Source: Chiloscyllium plagiosum
Taxonomy: Eukaryota
Assembly: GCF_004010195.1 (NCBI RefSeq)
Contig: NC_057737.1
Span: 13,442,748 to 13,506,747 of the forward strand
DNA: 64,000 nt
Direction of reading: 5' to 3'
Part shown: piece by piece, positions 11,924 to 26,325 of the stretch
Layout of the letters: each line of letters opens with the position of its first letter
Numbering within the stretch: the stretch's first letter is position 1
Position numbers and translations under genes: made by a program
The notes under the pieces: generated by a model
What the model was told of the DNA's origin: nothing
Database searches by the model: none
The model's input: only the letters and a program-made list of their open reading frames with translations

Positions 11924-14900
11924 TGAACACCATTTCAGGGATAATCCGGCTGACAGTAAAGGCGCCCTTCATTCCCTCCAACAGCTAGTGGAAACTTCCA
12001 TTCACTGCAAATGTAGCTACAGCCGGTTCACCTTGAGCTGCACCCGTCCTTTCTGCATCTGAAACACACCTTCCTGTGTCCTGGGAGGCTGGAAATCACC
12101 AGGAAATTCTGTCCTACATCTGCTGTTACAGGGGTTCAGGTAGTCCACTCCAGCTTCATGGCAGGCCTATTCAGGGCCCACTCGGAGATGTGTTACTGTC
12201 AGGGTTTAGGTAATTCAGCAGTCTAATGCATGTACACTGTAGAAGGTATGGATAATCTTCAATGTCCCCTGTTTCCTTCCCTTGCCTGGTGCTGCAGCCT
12301 CTTGAAAAGAAGCGTTCTATGGGCACCTCGCTGGTGAGGTACTGTTTCAAAAGCATTAAGCTTGCTTCTTTGCAGCTTATGATGGGATGTACCTGGGACA
12401 GATATATTGAAAGAGATTCTGCATATCCTAAAAACAGACCTCCTAGAGGTCTCCAAGCCCACTGGGAAAACATTTGAGGTGATCTCACTGCCTCCTGTCC
12501 AAGGACAGAGGGCAACAAAACCAGGAGACCTCAGGGATATCAATCTTCAAACACATCCTCCCTTGTCTAGTCATTCTGAGGCAGTGAGGTGGTCGTACCT
12601 GAATCCCTGCCAATGTTGCTTCGCACAGTAATTGTACCAGAGCCTAAACTTTGTGTTGTAACCTGTTATCCACTATGTTTACACTGCCAATTAACAAAAA
12701 TGTTTGTTGTGTCCAGCTAGGTTTGTCATCTGTATATCTGATGTTACATTTAAACGCGATAGATGTTCAAAGTTAAAAAAAAAAAATCTGCCTTTCTCGG
12801 TCCTGGGTCTTTGAAGGATTACAGTAAAACGTGCTCAACAAGATTATAATTCATTTTAGTTTGTTCCCTGAACCATGTGATTGATATATCTTGTGAAAGC
12901 TTCAAGCACTTTCCTATCCAGTTTTATTTTATCTCTTTTTATTTGTCTATGTCATCCTTGGTTTTGAAAGTCAGATGGCAGGCACCAGATCTTGCCCCTT
13001 ATAACTGGACACTGGATGGTAAGAAATGGTTACTCACCTCTTGCGCAATTTTGGAACTAAAGTGAATCTGGCCTGAGCAGCCTTCCACCCCATTCCTGTG
13101 GCAGTAAGTCCATGTGTTGCAGAACACCAACAATTATTAGTGTCACCCCCAAGGTTGCCATGAACAAGTGCCCCCAACCCATGGTGCCACCCTCACCCAA
13201 GAACCACTTACTAAATGTGAGAGATCCAAACTTCACCATGTCCACCCTATTCACTAACTTCTAACAGCTTGATCTACGTTCTGTTTCCCTTCCTGACAAA
13301 AGGATAACCAGTGTACAGAAATAACTCTTGATTCCTAATTCAAAGACTGTTCTGGTTTGGTGTCGGCATTCTCCTCCAGCCCTGGAAGAGCTGCCAACTA
13401 TTCCCTGGTTCTCTCTTGTCCCGAACCTACTTTATTCAGTATTAAAATTGGCAAGAGAAACAGAAATCCTTTATTTTGTGAGAGCCCCCAAAGTTTAGCC
13501 TTACTTTGATACTATCCCATGGAACAGTGTTTGATAAACTTCCCAATTTGATGTGGACTGACATCTTTCCATTTTCAGAAAAGTTAAACCACTCAGAAAA
13601 TGATTGGTCAGTGTGTATTGTATCATCATGTTGAGCTTTTAATCAATTGGAGGTTACAGTGGAATTGTCAAAAGCCATTTTGTCGAGAGAGAGCGCTCTT
13701 TTGAAAAAGGCCATGTCTGCTGCCCCAATCAGCTCAGGGACGACTGTGAGAAGCTTTCTGCCATTGCAATTTTGACCAGAATTGCTATGTTTGCATTGGT
13801 CACAGTCAAGGGCCCAGGCCTGTCTGTAAAGGTGTAGAATTCTCACTTAGCTGATTTGGAGTGTTTTCATCGTGAGGATTACTCTGTGTAGTCTGATTAG
13901 CATCAGCTAATTCAAACAAAATTCAACAAAAACTACATGTTAGAATTTGCATTAAGGTTAAAAGAAATGCAAACACAAGGTTGAAAAGTTATAGAAGATT
14001 GTCTTGGTGCCCTGCTATGATGCGGAGTCAAATCCTTTGGGGGTTGGATCACAACAGGTATTTTATCTCACAGATTTGAATGTGAAGTAATCTGGACCAA
14101 GGAAATAACACCCCACTCACTTTCCTCTAACTCATTTTAATATTTTCTGTTTTCATTATCCCCTCTTTCTCCTTTTCTCGCTGTGCCTCACTCACTAATT
14201 CCATAAGACCAGAAGACATAGGAGTGGAAGTAAGGCCATTTGGCCAATCGAATCCACTCTGCCATTTAATCATGGCTGATGGGCATTTCAACTCCACTTA
14301 CCCGGACTCTCCCTGTATCTCTTAATTCCTTGAGAGATTAAGAATTTATCAAACTCTGCCTTGAAGACGTAATGTCTCAGCCTCCACTGCGCTCCGTGGC
14401 AATGAATTCCACAGGCCCACCACTCTCTGGCTGAAGAAACGTCTCCTCATTCCCATTCTAAATTGACCCCCTCTAAATCTAAGGCTGTGCCCACGGATCC
14501 TAGTCTCCCCACCTAATGGAAACAACTTCCCAGTGTTCACCCTTTCTAAGCCATGCATTATCTTGTAAGTTTCTATTAGATCTCCCCTCAACCTTCTAAA
14601 CTCTAATGAATACAATTCCAGGATCCTCAGCTGATCATCATATGTTAGGCCTACCATTCCAGGGATCATCCGTGTGAATCTCCAGTATGTCCTTCCTGAG
14701 GTGAGGGGCCCAAAATTGGACACAGTATTCTAAATTGGGGCCTAACTAGAGCTTTATAAAGTCTCAGAAGCACATCGCTGCTCTTACATTCCAACTGTCT
14801 TGAGATAAATGACAACATTACATTTGCTTTCTTAACCACCTTCTCAACCTGCAAGTCAACCTTGAGAGAATCCTGGCCTAGCGCTCCCAGATCTCTTTGT

Positions 14901-17900
14901 ACTTTTTTCCAAAGTGCAAGACCTCGCATTTGCTCACATTGAATTTCATCAACCATTTACTGGAGCACTGTCCTAAACTGTCTAAATCTTTCTGCAGTCT
15001 CCCCATCTTCTCAGTACTACCTGCCTGTCTGCCTCACTTTGTATCATTGGCAAACTTCACCACAATGCCCCCAGTTCCTTCATCCAGATCATTAATATAT
15101 AAAGTGAACAGCTGCGGCCCCAAAACTGAACCCGGCAGGACACCACTTGTCACCAGCTGCCATTCTGAAAAAGAGCCTTTTATCCTAACTCTCTGCCTTC
15201 TTTCAGACAGCCAATCCTCAATCCATGCCAGTAGCTCACCTCGAACACCATGGGCCCTCACCTTACTTAGCAGCCTCCTGTGAGGCACCCTATCAAAGGC
15301 CTTTTGGTAGTCGAGATTGATAACATAAACTGGGTTTCCCTGGTCTAACCTACTTGTTACCTCTTCAAAGGATTCTAATAGGTTTGCCAGGCACAACCTC
15401 CCCTTACTAACTCTATGCTGACTTGTTCAATTCTGACCCTGCAGTTCCAAGAATTTAGAAATCTCATCCTTAACAATGGATTCTAGAATTTTACTTACAA
15501 CTGAGATTAGGCTAATCGGTCTATAATTTTCCATCTTTTTTCTTGATCCTTTCTTGAATAAGGGGGTTATAACAGCAATTTTCCAATCATCTGGGACTTT
15601 CCCTGACTCCAGTGATTTTTGAAAGATCACAGCCAATGCCTCCGCTATTTCCTCAGCCACCTCCCTCAGAACTCTAGGATGTAACCATTGGGGCCAGGAG
15701 ATTTATCAATTTTTAGACCTTTTAGCTTTTTTAGCACTTTCTTTTTGTAATGACTACCATCCTCAACTCTGCCCCCGACTCTCCTTAATTGTTGGGATAT
15801 TTACTCATGTCTTCCATTGTGAAGACTGACACAAAGTATTTATTAAGTTCTTCAGCTATTTCTTTATCTCCCATCACTAGCCTTACAGCATCAATTTGGA
15901 GCGGCCCAATGTCTACTTTTGCATCTCATTGGTTTCTGATGTATTGAAAGAAAATTTACTATCATTTCTAATATTACTGGCTAGCTTACCTTCATATTTG
16001 ATCCTCTCCTTCCTTATTTCTCTCTTTGTTGTTCTCTGTTTGTTTTTGTAGCCTTCCCAATCTTCTGATTTCCCATTGCTTGCTCTTGGCCACTTTATAG
16101 GCGGTCTCTTTTTCTTTGATACATTTCCTGGCTTCCTTCATCAGCCATGGCTCTCTAATTCCACCCCCTCCTTTGAGATGAACCTCTGTACTGTGTCCTC
16201 AATTTCAATTACACCCAGAGGCTCCTGTAATTGTTGCTCTCCGGTCTTCCCCACTAGGTTCTGCTTCCAGTCAATTTTCGTCAGTTCCTCTCTCATGCCC
16301 CTGCAATTACCTTTAGCTAACTGTAACATCATTACATCCGATTTTGCCTTCTCTCTTGACCATCTGAACTCTACCATATTATGTTCACTACCTCCTAAGT
16401 GTTCCCTTACTTTAAGATCTTTTATAAAATCTGGCTCATAACATAGCACTCTTCCTCGTCACTCTTCCTATTTTCTGTCGAATCTCTCTCTGCTTCCTCT
16501 TGGAGTTCCAAAATATTGTCTCCCACCTAAATCTCTTGTTGTATTTTCTCCTTTCATTCTCATTAATTTATTTTGATTTTCTCTCTCCTACTTCTCTGTC
16601 TCTCTCATTCGAGTGGACTTCCATTCTATCTGTTTCTTTCATTGCTCCCCACTCTCTCATTGTCCTCTCTTCTACTCATTTTAACTCCGTACTTGTCCTT
16701 TCTCTCCCTTCCACTCACCAGCCTGTCACAATTGAAATGTGCTTGGCCAGTTATTTTCCATCTGTCACAGAAGTTTGCACCATTTAAAAACCCTTCACTC
16801 TCGGAGAAAAGGCAGGGCCAAAATCTGGCAAGATCTCCTTCTTTGAAATTCTAAAATGTTTTCCAAGCATTTCAACACATGTTTTGCATTCTTGCCCTTA
16901 TTTCAGAACTGAAATGATTATTTTAACACTGCATCCACAAGACACAGCTAGATGGTTCTGTCCTATGTTGGCCCTCTGTAAGGTGCCTATGATAGAATTG
17001 ACTGTAAATCACCTATGATCTTAGAGGTGATTTAGGAGCCTTCCTGATGCCCAGAGAATGTCTAATCACTGGTTTAATGGAAGTCATCTTGTATGGTTGT
17101 TGCACAAATTCAAAATCAAATCTTCTGTATTCTTCTGTGTGGTTACCAAAATCTGAACTGAATTTGCAAGACTCTCCTTGTAATCAACCATAGTTGGTGT
17201 TGGAATTTAAGATTGTACTCCCCACTTCTTGCATCTTGGAAAACGTCTTGTCCTGGTTTGTGCAATCTGGAAGTGACAGATAGAGGTTAGATTCTGGTTC
17301 CCCACACTTCCCTGCACAGTCACTCATCCCTGCATGGACATTCAAGAGAGATTCACCTCAGACTGAATTTAAATAAATGCATTTCCCTTTAGACATTACA
17401 AACATTATAAATATCACGCTGTTGACAAAGGAATGATAAACAGAGAAATAGAAAACACAAAAAAACCTATTTAAAAAAGCAGCACTTAACCACTTTATTG
17501 CCTCAGGTATTATCACAGCCTATAACCAGATATCAGTTCTGTCATCTTGATTTTCCAAGTTTGACCTTCACCATTGACAAATTGAACAAAATGGCTGACA
17601 GATGTATGGAAAGTATTTATTTGAGGTTGCAAATATTACAGCTCTGGATAAATCTGAAGATGTCTTTTAAATAAATCATAAAATTCAACTTAATTTGTAA
17701 TTCTGTTTGTTTAAGGATGGAGAGATAAATCACTTAGTGGGCTTCTAACTTGGTGGATACTTTCCCTATGGTCATGAGTTTGAGACTGCACACACAGTTA
17801 GTCTGATGACGATATTCATTCTGTATTGGGGGACATGTTCATATTGGTACTGCGGAGTGGTGAAAATCACACCGGCTTTCTATCAGTCAGTGAGGTTAGC

Positions 17901-18770
17901 TCAAGGAGAGAGCTGGTCAGCTAAGCCTTGTCCTTTTCCGTCTAGGCTGAGCTAAGTTGTAAATCAAAGGAAGATGGACTGAACAGACTCTGTAAGGGAG
18001 ATCTGACTGCAGAGACTTGGTGAATTGGCATGTCTGATATTGTCAAACTCCAGTGGGCTGTACATCCTTCCCATCCTTTCATCACAGTGCCAAAGATATC
18101 AGCAATCTCACTGTCTGAAACATTCTTCCTTGCCCCTTTGAATCTGCTATTAAAAGACTTCTTGGAGCCACTTCTCCAAGTATTTTCACTAACGTTTAGT
18201 ATTTTTTTGCCTTTATGAAGAACCTCAGGATGTTTACTGCATTGAATGGTGAAGTGCCATTAACAGAATGATTCTCAGGAGATTGAAGTTGATGGCATCA
18301 CTTAAAGCCAGTAGGCTCCAGCCTAATGCCAATGTGTCTATAATGTGATTTTTCTTCTGTTTCACTGTCACACATATACATAAACACACCCCAGTAGGTG
18401 TCATCTTTGAAATGCAAGAGGTTCCTGGAGCTACACTCCTGCTAACTCCTGTGTATTGATCAAACACAGAATGCAAAACACTTGAAATTCAAAACAGTGG
18501 GACCAGGACCTACAGTTGAGGGGTTGTTGACATGAACTAAGGTGAATGGTTAGGATTATGTGTGTGGAACTGTTAATGAGATGTGGCAGAGACTTATGAA
18601 GCTGCCTGACCATCCACGGATGTAAATATTGTACAATTAATTTATTGCTACTTTGGCAAAATTCCTTTCGTTGTGATGTAAAAACTGGAGGATGTCAAAC
18701 ATCCTTGTTTGTATATTTTGCCCATGTTTCTGTGTGACGCTACACAATAATAAATGTATTTTGTGTCAAA
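11924..18770 (+). other. Candidate terminal non-coding exon (long 3' UTR) of the RAP1GAP2-like gene
   Basis: Acceptor aattgtttttcAG ending at 11923; mostly repeat-poor sequence; AATAAA at 18749-18754 after UGUA-rich sequence and before a GT-rich stretch. Boundaries are inferred. Confidence 0.4.
14202..16447 (-). mobile_element. Second CR1 family, about 2.2 kb degenerate copy
   Basis: Frameshifted ORFs with LDYQKAFDRVPH, GSVLGPQLF, VPDDWKIAVITPLFKKG and HLGGSEHNMVEF. Confidence 0.9.
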
Positions 18771-19966
18771 ATGATTTCGAGTCTTAATCTAGGTACTTCT
18801 TATGATATATTCATAGCACGTTTATAAGCTCCATACGTAGAAGTCGGAGGGACTATGGTTTGACCTGGAGCTTGAGGAAGTGTACTTACTCAGGAAAGAG
18901 AAGGTACAAATTTGAATTAATTAGTCAAATAAGCAAAAACAACATTAGGAAAAACTTATGCACTTTTTCAATGAATGCCTGGAGTCAGGAATGTTACTGC
19001 CTGAGAGTGTGGTGGAGGCAGGTTCACTCAACTCATTCACCAGTGAATTACCTGTCTTTTTAAAAGGAGCAGTATCCTGGATTTTGAGAAGAACACAAGA
19101 GAATGTGATATGCTGACTTGGAGAGCTTTTTCTCATTTCAAAAATGTACTTTATTCATAAAAATATCTGCAGAAACATTTAGAGTCCATAACACAGTTCA
19201 GTTCTGTACAATAAAATATGAAGAAACAAACATTGGAGTTTGACTCTACCCAACAAACAAACCAAAGACATTTCTTACTTGTATAAGACTATTGTTACAT
19301 ATACTTGAGGCACCCTTAACTGAATGGATTCCCATTTAACTTAGGCTGAAAAATAATAGATGGTGGTCTTTCCCCATTGCATCTTGGCAGCAGCTTCCCC
19401 AAGCTTTAGTGTGTCTCTGATTTGGAGAGCAGGTACAGACACAGTGGGCTGAATGGCCTCTTTCCATGCCGCAAAAGTTCCGTGATAGATCAGAGGACTT
19501 TGTTCAAACACGCCTGTACGAAAATAGCAACACAGTTCTGGCATGACAGTTTTGCTTCCAAGAGACTGCCATTTACTCTTAGAAAATGATACCATGATGT
19601 AGATAATGAGGTTGTAATAAACCAGCACATCCACACAGTAAAAAAAACATTATACCAGGTGTCAAAAGAGCTGCTGACTCACAATCATATATTTTTCACC
19701 CAGTGATGAATTCAAAGTGTTGCACATTCAGGAACAGGAATAGTGTATTCATCATGAAAGTTTTAACCATTATATAGTGCCTGTCAACATCCCTGGGCAT
19801 GCCAACACATTTCACAGCCAACTTCATAGTTTTCAGGTGTAGTCAGTACCAGAATGTTGGAAATACAGCAACCAGGTAACACACAGCAAGATCCCACAAA
19901 CAGTATTGTCATAATGACCCGTTCATATGATCTAACAATGTTGTTTTGGTGAGGGAGGTGATGACG

Positions 19967-20181
19967 CACATGTTGTTCTGCTATAACGTGAGAGTTATGT
20001 TCTTCTGTGACTTTGCACTGTGAGAATCTGTTATTGAAAATTGCACAGTAGAAGATTGCTATAGAAAATCTCTATACCCATTCAGTAGAAAGTTTGCGCA
20101 CTCCAAACTGTGTCCACAATTTGTCAATTGCCCTGTAGCCAATTTGTGTTGACAAAACACACGTTATACCAGAATAATGTG
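19967..20181. mobile_element. Degenerate MITE
   Basis: Imperfect TIRs cacatgttgttctgctataacgtg and cacgttataccagaataatgtg. Confidence 0.55.
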
Positions 20182-20615
20182 TAATGGTACTATCACTGGA
20201 GCAGGCCAAGTCTTTAGTGACATGGGTTCAAATCCCACCTGGGCAAGTAACACAATTTGAATTCAATTAATCAAAAAGAAATCTGGAATTAAAAGCTATT
20301 CTCAGTAACAGTGACCATGAAACTATTGTTCATTGTTGTAAAGACACACCTGGTTCACTGGTGCCCCTTTAGGAAAAAAAAAGTCTGCCATTCTTGTCCA
20401 AATGGATTGCAACAGTTCAAGAGGGCTACCACCTTCTCTGGGGAAAGTAGGGAAGGGCAATAAATGCAGAACTAGCCAGTGATGTCTAATTGACTGAACA
20501 GCAATGTGGTTGATTCCTAGCTAACCTATGAACTGGCCTAATCAACCATTCAATTCAAGAGCAATTTGAAATAGGCAATAAATTCTGGCCTCACCAAACC
20601 AAGCCCATGTCCCAT
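20181..20615 (+). mobile_element. Old tRNA-derived SINE
   Basis: GGGTTCAAATCCCACC B-box; body shared with 10620-11275 and 59020-59330 (-). Confidence 0.6.
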
Positions 20616-21669
20616 TAAAACAAATATTAATCAGGGAGAGGTCCCCTGGTTGGTTTGAACATGGCCTCCATGTGAAAGATATCAGATTAATGTAAATTAA
20701 CAATCTGCCTTCAGATTCTGGGGGTCACTCACAACCCACTGGGGAGCGACAGACTCCAGGTTAAAAACGGACAGTAGAATTCATAAATTCTGAATGACTT
20801 TTTATAAAATCAAACAGGATACAGAGCCAGAGATGGTCAGACTGTGAAGAGTAAATTAAGATCAGGGCAGTTCTTCTGCACTGAGCAGCACCCCATGGGG
20901 AGACAGTGACTGCTGTTGGAACTACATTCAGCTGAGGCTCCAGAGACCGGAGGGACCCAGGCTCAGGGATGACATTGCAATGAGGAGGGGGAGCCACAGG
21001 ATGGGGTTTGCAAATGTTGGGGTAGTGGTGGTGGTGGGGCAACAGGAAGTGTGACTCAGCACTTTTGCAGAAGAGACCATCCTCTCCCCTCCCCAGCTCC
21101 AAACGGGCAGGACGTCTTTTCCAACAGGAGCAATAGCCAGGTTGCACAGTGATGTAGTGATTTACTGAAGTGCCTGAAATGGTAGGGGGCAAATAGGGCC
21201 AGTTTGGTTACCCGTGGCATCTCTACCACATGCTCTGTCAGAGAGTGCGGGTTTGGTGAAATAAATAACTTTTCTCATTCCTTGCAGTTTCAGATTCCTG
21301 CTACTGGTCCATAAAGTTTATGCAAATATGTTAGCAAAATAAATCAGTCATCAAAGTAATTCTACCATTTCATACCACGCAGGTAATTGAAAACACCCAC
21401 AAGAAAAAAAAGATTATTGGTACAGGAGGGGTAACTTTTTTTTTCTCTTTTCCCACCTGGTGACAACAATGGGTTCTTCAATTTTCGAATATGATACTAG
21501 ATTGACAATTCATTACGTACTAGGCTGTACCTATGTAGTTTGCAAGAATTAAGCCAAACATGTGCTCTCAAGTTAACTCATTAGAAATCAGTTTTATTGA
21601 TACAGTTCAGTTTGGTAAATAAAATACTAAAAATATTTTTAAAATGTACAAACATGTCCCATGCTCAAT

Positions 21670-21930
21670 GCAGGTTTAAGGTGAGAGGGGAAAGATCTCA
21701 CAGGAAACTGAGGGGCAACTTTTTCACGCAGAGGGTGGTGCGTGTATGAAATGAGCTGCCAGAGGAAGTGGTAGAGACGGATACAGTTACATTTAAAAGG
21801 CATCTGGACAGGTGCATGAATGCAAAAAGGTTTCGAGGGTTATGGGCCAAATGCAGACAATTGTTCAGTTTAAAATATCTGGTCACATGGGTAAGTTGGA
21901 CCAAAAGGTTTGTTTCTGTGCAGTATGATT
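21670..21930 (+). mobile_element. CR1 3' fragment
   Basis: Similar to 140-420. Confidence 0.75.
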
Positions 21931-23910
21931 CTAGCACACGCAAACACACACTCAAACCCCAAACATGCAGAAAAATACAACTTTGCAGAGTTAACCTAAG
22001 TTAACAATGCAGATTTTAAAATAGGGAAACACATAATGTTTCATGATTATATCCCTTATGTTTTAGCTCTATCTGAAGCAGTTTTGCGGTATTGGCTGCT
22101 TCCTGATGAAGGGCTTTTGCCCGAAATGTTGATGTTCCTGCTCCTCGGATGCTACCTGACCTGTTGTGCTTTTCCAGCACCACTCTAATCTAGAATCTAG
22201 TTTCCAGCATCTGCAGTCCTTGTTTTTACCTGCTAGATCCCTTACCCCTGCCATCACTGTTGCTGGGTTGAAACCTTCCTTTAAAGGTCTCTGTATGCAG
22301 CAAAGGGGTTTACCGACTGTTTATCAAACCACAAGGTGCATAGTTATCTTGGACGGTTTGAGAGAGAGTAAGAGAGATGTGGGTATAGGGTGGTAAAGCA
22401 GTGACCCTTGCTCCCCTGCGTCAATCTCGCCCCTCTGCACATTTGAATCCAGCAGTCACAGGTACTAAGGGCTGGATTATATGGATCTCTCTACATGGCA
22501 GTAATTTATTGCAAAAAATACAGAATATCTCACATGGTTTCTCCTTATCCATTGCATGATAGCTGAGGAATTTGATTCATAATATCCCAGCTATTTTTTG
22601 TAATGCAAACATATACTTTATTCTTTAAAAAACTTTATGTACATACATAGTTACTAAAGCAGATCAGTTCTGAACCGTCTTTGTGTATGGAGAACAAATA
22701 AATGTTGGGGTTTGACTTTTTCTCAATAGTTACAACAAACCCAAAGGCATTTCTTAATTATGCAAGGTACAATTTACATGTATCTGAGGCATTGGGAGGA
22801 TCCAATAACTGAACAGACCTCAGCTATTACTCAAGAATGGTCCCAACTCTTGAAGAGTTTAGAAAGATCTGTTCACATCCCTGGAGTGTCAACATCAAGG
22901 TTTCTATCTCATTCAATGTGATCATAGGAGATAAAGGATCAACTCTGAACGGCAGAGCAGACTTGAAGGGGCTGAATGGCCTGTTCCTGCTCTCTATGTA
23001 TCTATCGGATTCGCTACTGACACTCCATGGAGTGGAGTGTGGCTTTATGGTGCATATTAACAGCTGGTTCCAGCCAGTTCCTTTGTTCAGCAAAATAATC
23101 TTATGCAATCCCATGTCCCGCCAGCCAATGAAATTATTATTTAATATTTAATTTAGCACACTTCATGATGTTGATGGTGACATCTCAAGGAAATATTGGA
23201 CAGGGGGTGCCTGTATCCGTCAGTGTTTGGAAGAATGAGAGGTGATTTTATTGAAACAAAGGAGATCCAGAGGGGGTTTTGACAGGGTCAATGCTGAGAG
23301 GATGCTTATCCTTGTGGGAAAGACTTGTAGTTCGGGACACAGTATAAAAATTAGGGGTCTCCCATTTAGTTTAGGAAGGGGGAACATTCTTCTCTCAGAA
23401 GTTTGGGCTGTGGAATTCTCTGCACCAATGGGTGAAATAACTTCACAGAGTTCGGTATCCCGGCACCAAGTCAACCTTTATTTACAAGTGGAGAGTCCTT
23501 GACTCTGGCACAACCTCTTCAGAGTCAGCATCTCTGACATGCCTCTATCTGTCAGCTAGGGCTCCCTGATTGGGGCTGTTAATCTGGTCCAATCAGGGAA
23601 CTCACATTCTATGAAGTATAGCTGGGTAGTGGAGTTCAGGGTCATTGAATATTTTTAAGTTCATTGTTAGTTTGATTTTGTTCAAACCTAATCAACCTAT
23701 TTAGACACACCTCTGCAGCAGGTGGGACTTGCACCAGGCCTCTCGGTTCAGGAGTAGGGACACTAGCACTGTGCCACAAGAGGCCCCACCCCCGGGCTGC
23801 TTTTATTTTTTTCTCTCCTTTTTTTTGTAATCACCCTGTTCACAGATGTTATTACAGTCAAATTATAAGTTCTTCATCAGGAATGAGTTGACATTTCAGG
23901 CAATGGCCTC

Positions 23911-23945
23911 ATTCTGATGAAGGGCTTATGCCCGAAACGTTGACT
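23911..23945 (+). ncRNA. Minimal hammerhead motif in a pLTR fragment (23873-24045)
   Basis: CUGAUGA a GGGC-uuau-GCCC GAAAC GUU; weak stem I. Confidence 0.5.
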
Positions 23946-24907
23946 CACCTGCTCCTCAGATGCTGTCTGACCGGCTATCCTTTTCCAGCACCACATTCTT
24001 CAACTCTAATCTCCAGCATCTGCAGTCCTCACTTTCTCCACAGATGTTATTGTTACACACCGCTGGAGCAGCTGGAACTTCAACCCAGGTCTCTCAGTGC
24101 AGGGGTAAGGACATGACCACTGCGCTACAAGATGTTGATTTTAACTGACAACAGGATTCAAAGGTAGCCTGGAGTAGGCAAGCAACATGGAGTTAAGGTC
24201 ATGATCAGCCACAATCCTATTGATTAGCAGAGCAGGCTCTCATAGCCCAATAGTCTACTCCGAATTCAGTAGTGCCAATAAATCTCTTTACGCAGCAGCT
24301 CATTATAAATTGAAAAGCATTGCCTGAAAGGGTGGGAAGGCTGATTGAACCATACCTTGCTACAAGGAATTGACTAAATACCCAAGCATGTAAAATCTGC
24401 AGGTCTGTGGGGAATTAATAGTGGGAACGTGAAAGCTGGACGGGTTAGATAGTTGTTGTTAACCAGCATTGACAGAACTGGCATAATAGTTTCATCGTGT
24501 GACCCTTAGTCAGAGTTGGTCTGAAGAAGCATTCATTAAAAATGCTGATCTGTCTTTCTTTAGCAGGATGGGGAGCTATGCCGTTCTACTCTTTTCTGTT
24601 ACTCTAGATTGCTTTTTTTAAAAAAACTCAATGAATTATTCACCTTACTACACGGGAGGCCAGGCAGGCTGGTACAATTTCTATTCTAATCAGATTTCAA
24701 CATACAGTCCCCACATCCTTTGCCCTCAATTATGACGTTACCACATGACCTAGTCATGCAATAAAATAGAGGCAAAGGCTAGAACAAACACCCAAATCTA
24801 TTTATTAGGTGTGAATTTGTAAACATATGTTGTAAGTTTTGAGGATGTTTCACACAACACTCCCTGTTACACATACAAAGCTGTCTGAAGACTACAGGAG
24901 CGCCGGA

Positions 24908-25285
24908 GACTTGAGGGGTGACCTTATAGAGGTTTATAAAATCATGAGGGGCATGGATAGGGTAAATAGACAAGATCTTTTCCCCATGGTGGAGGAGGCC
25001 AAAACTAGAGGCCATTGGTTTAAAAGATATAAAAGGGACCTAAGGGGCAACTTTTTCACACAGAAGGTGGTGCATGTATGGAATGAGCCTGTCAGAGGAA
25101 GTGATGGAGGCTGGTAAAATTGCAACACTTAAAAAACATTTGGATGAGTATATGAATAGGAAGGGTTTAGACGGATATGGGCCAATTGCTGCAAATGGGA
25201 CTCAGTTAGGTTAGGATATCTGGTTGGTGTGGACAAGTTGGACTGAAGGATCCATTTCTGTGCTGTATATGACTCTACGACTCTC
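24908..25285 (+). mobile_element. CR1 3' fragment
   Basis: LRGDLIEVYKIMRG; ATGACTCT tail. Confidence 0.85.
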
Positions 25286-25579
25286 TCAGATTACAGCTAC
25301 TGTTGAAAACCATATTATATCATCTGGCAGTCCATTACAGGTAACCCTGGATGGACAATATCCTGGAGATAATGCAATCATACAAATAAAATACATAATG
25401 ATATTGCTATGAGCTACAAAATCATATCAGGGTTCATGTTACAATCAAATGATTAAAGACCTATCCCACTAGTTTCAGATTTGATTTCATTTCGCATTTT
25501 CAACATGGTTTATTTTCTCTGCCTCATCCAATAGCTACAATATGCATTTCTAAGCTTGTTACATGACCTCTGTACATCT

Positions 25580-26325
25580 TATAGAGCCATACAGCACAGA
25601 AACAGATCCTTCGGTCCAACCAAAGGGTGGCACAGTGGTTAGCACTGCTGCCTCACAGCGCCAGAGACTCAGGTTCAATTCCCGCCTCAGGCGACTGACT
25701 GTGTGGAGTTTGCACATTCTCCCAGTGTCTGCGTGGGTTTTCTCCCACAGTCCAAACATGTGCGGGTTAGGTGAATTGGCCGTGCTAAATTGCCCGTAGT
25801 GTTAGGTGAATGGGTAAATGTAGGGGAATGGATCTGGGTGGGTTGTGCTTCGGCAGGTCGGTGTGGACTTGTTCGGCCGAAGGGTCTGTTTCCACATTGT
25901 AAGTAATCTAATCTAAACCAGTCAATGCCAAACATATGCGTAAACTCAATTATTCCCACCTGCCTGCTCCTGGCCTATATCCCTCCAAACCTTTCCTATT
26001 CATGTTCTTATCCAAGTGTCTTTTAAATGTTGTAACTGTGTCTGCATCCACCACTTCCTCAGAAAGTTAATTCCACACGCGAACCGGCCTGTGTGCAAAA
26101 CATTTATCCCTCGTGTCTTTTTAAAATCTCGCTTCTGTCACTTTAAAACTATGCTCTCTAGACCGCCCCTTCCTCAGGAAAAGGCACCTACCATTAACCC
26201 TATCCATACTCATGATTTTATAAACTTCTATCAGGTCACTTTTCAACCTCGTATGCTCCAGTGGAAGAAGTGCCAGCTACCCAGCCTCTCTTTATAACTC
26301 TAACCTTCTATTCCTGGCAACATAC
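25580..26325 (-). mobile_element. CR1 3' fragment interrupted by an HE1 SINE
   Basis: Reverse complement of the CR1 3' end on both sides of the SINE at 25625-25916. Confidence 0.75.
25625..25916 (+). mobile_element. HE1-type SINE
   Basis: Head, body and AATCT tail; short AACCA duplication at the flanks. Confidence 0.85.

Noticed and set aside
11802-12061. ORF read as a RAP1GAP2 C-terminal extension (SEHHFRDNP...)
   Set aside because: Phase is incompatible with the upstream exon, and the GH* exon at 5515 fits the family C-terminus.
19137-19420. Possible Tx1/L1-like 3' end on -
   Set aside because: Resemblance from memory only; too short and degenerate to support a call.
21288-21382. Exon-like segment with good acceptor and donor on +
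   Set aside because: All three frames contain stops and no partner exons were found; at most non-coding.
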